The notes under the pieces: model-generated
What the model saw: the letters and a program-made list of their open reading frames with translations, nothing else
Told to the model about the DNA's origin: nothing
The model's database searches: none
Program-made: the position numbers and the translations under genes
Shown here: positions 63,980 through 64,000 of the stretch, piece by piece
How the letters are laid out: each line of letters starts with the position of its first letter
Numbering within the stretch: position 1 is the first letter of the stretch
Assembly (NCBI GenBank): GCA_964424195.1
Contig: CAYRHT010000001.1
Location: 207,542-271,541 of the forward strand
DNA length: 64,000 nucleotides
Reading direction: 5' to 3'
Origin: an uncultured Gammaproteobacteria bacterium
GTDB taxonomy: Bacteria; Patescibacteriota; Patescibacteriia; UBA1558; S5-K13

Positions 63980-64000
63980 ATAAGTCTATATCATTTAATC

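Overview
AT-rich (visually about 30% GC) bacterial chromosome segment using the standard genetic code. Gene content and style point to a Patescibacteria/CPR (Parcubacteria-like) genome; this is an inference from the short AtpH, DUF5671, repeated stand-alone PEP-utilizer genes and SD-less core genes. Housekeeping content: an F1Fo ATP synthase operon whose c-ring has a Na+-type signature, an intein-containing UvrD-nuclease, rarA, pheST, gyrB, groESL with a CIRCE operator, pyk, dnaG-rpoD, secE-nusG-rplK-(DUF5671)-rplA, tRNA-Ser(GGA) and tRNA-Asn(GTT). An ~11.75-kb defence island (38690-50444) is integrated at the tRNA-Asn 3' end by a large serine recombinase. It carries a C-like regulator, a PLD-SNF2 helicase plus type IIG-like methyltransferase pair, and a CBASS (HNH-SAVED plus CD-NTase-AGS-C). 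Most unusual observations: (1) the island holds an extra complete attP copy in inverted orientation. This gives 110-bp and ~290-bp inverted repeats around the integrase and the cargo and encodes a silent alternative integrase C-terminus; the repeat shows compensatory hairpin changes. (2) Nine small, mostly orphan genes carry a perfect AGGAGG Shine-Dalgarno, whereas the core genes inspected have none. (3) A split rifampicin-phosphotransferase/PEP-synthase-like cluster has one ATP-grasp protein, three variable phospho-His proteins and two histidine-phosphatase-like proteins. (4) The intein appears to carry a GIY-YIG-like rather than a LAGLIDADG endonuclease. All family assignments come from motif recognition by eye; no searches were run.
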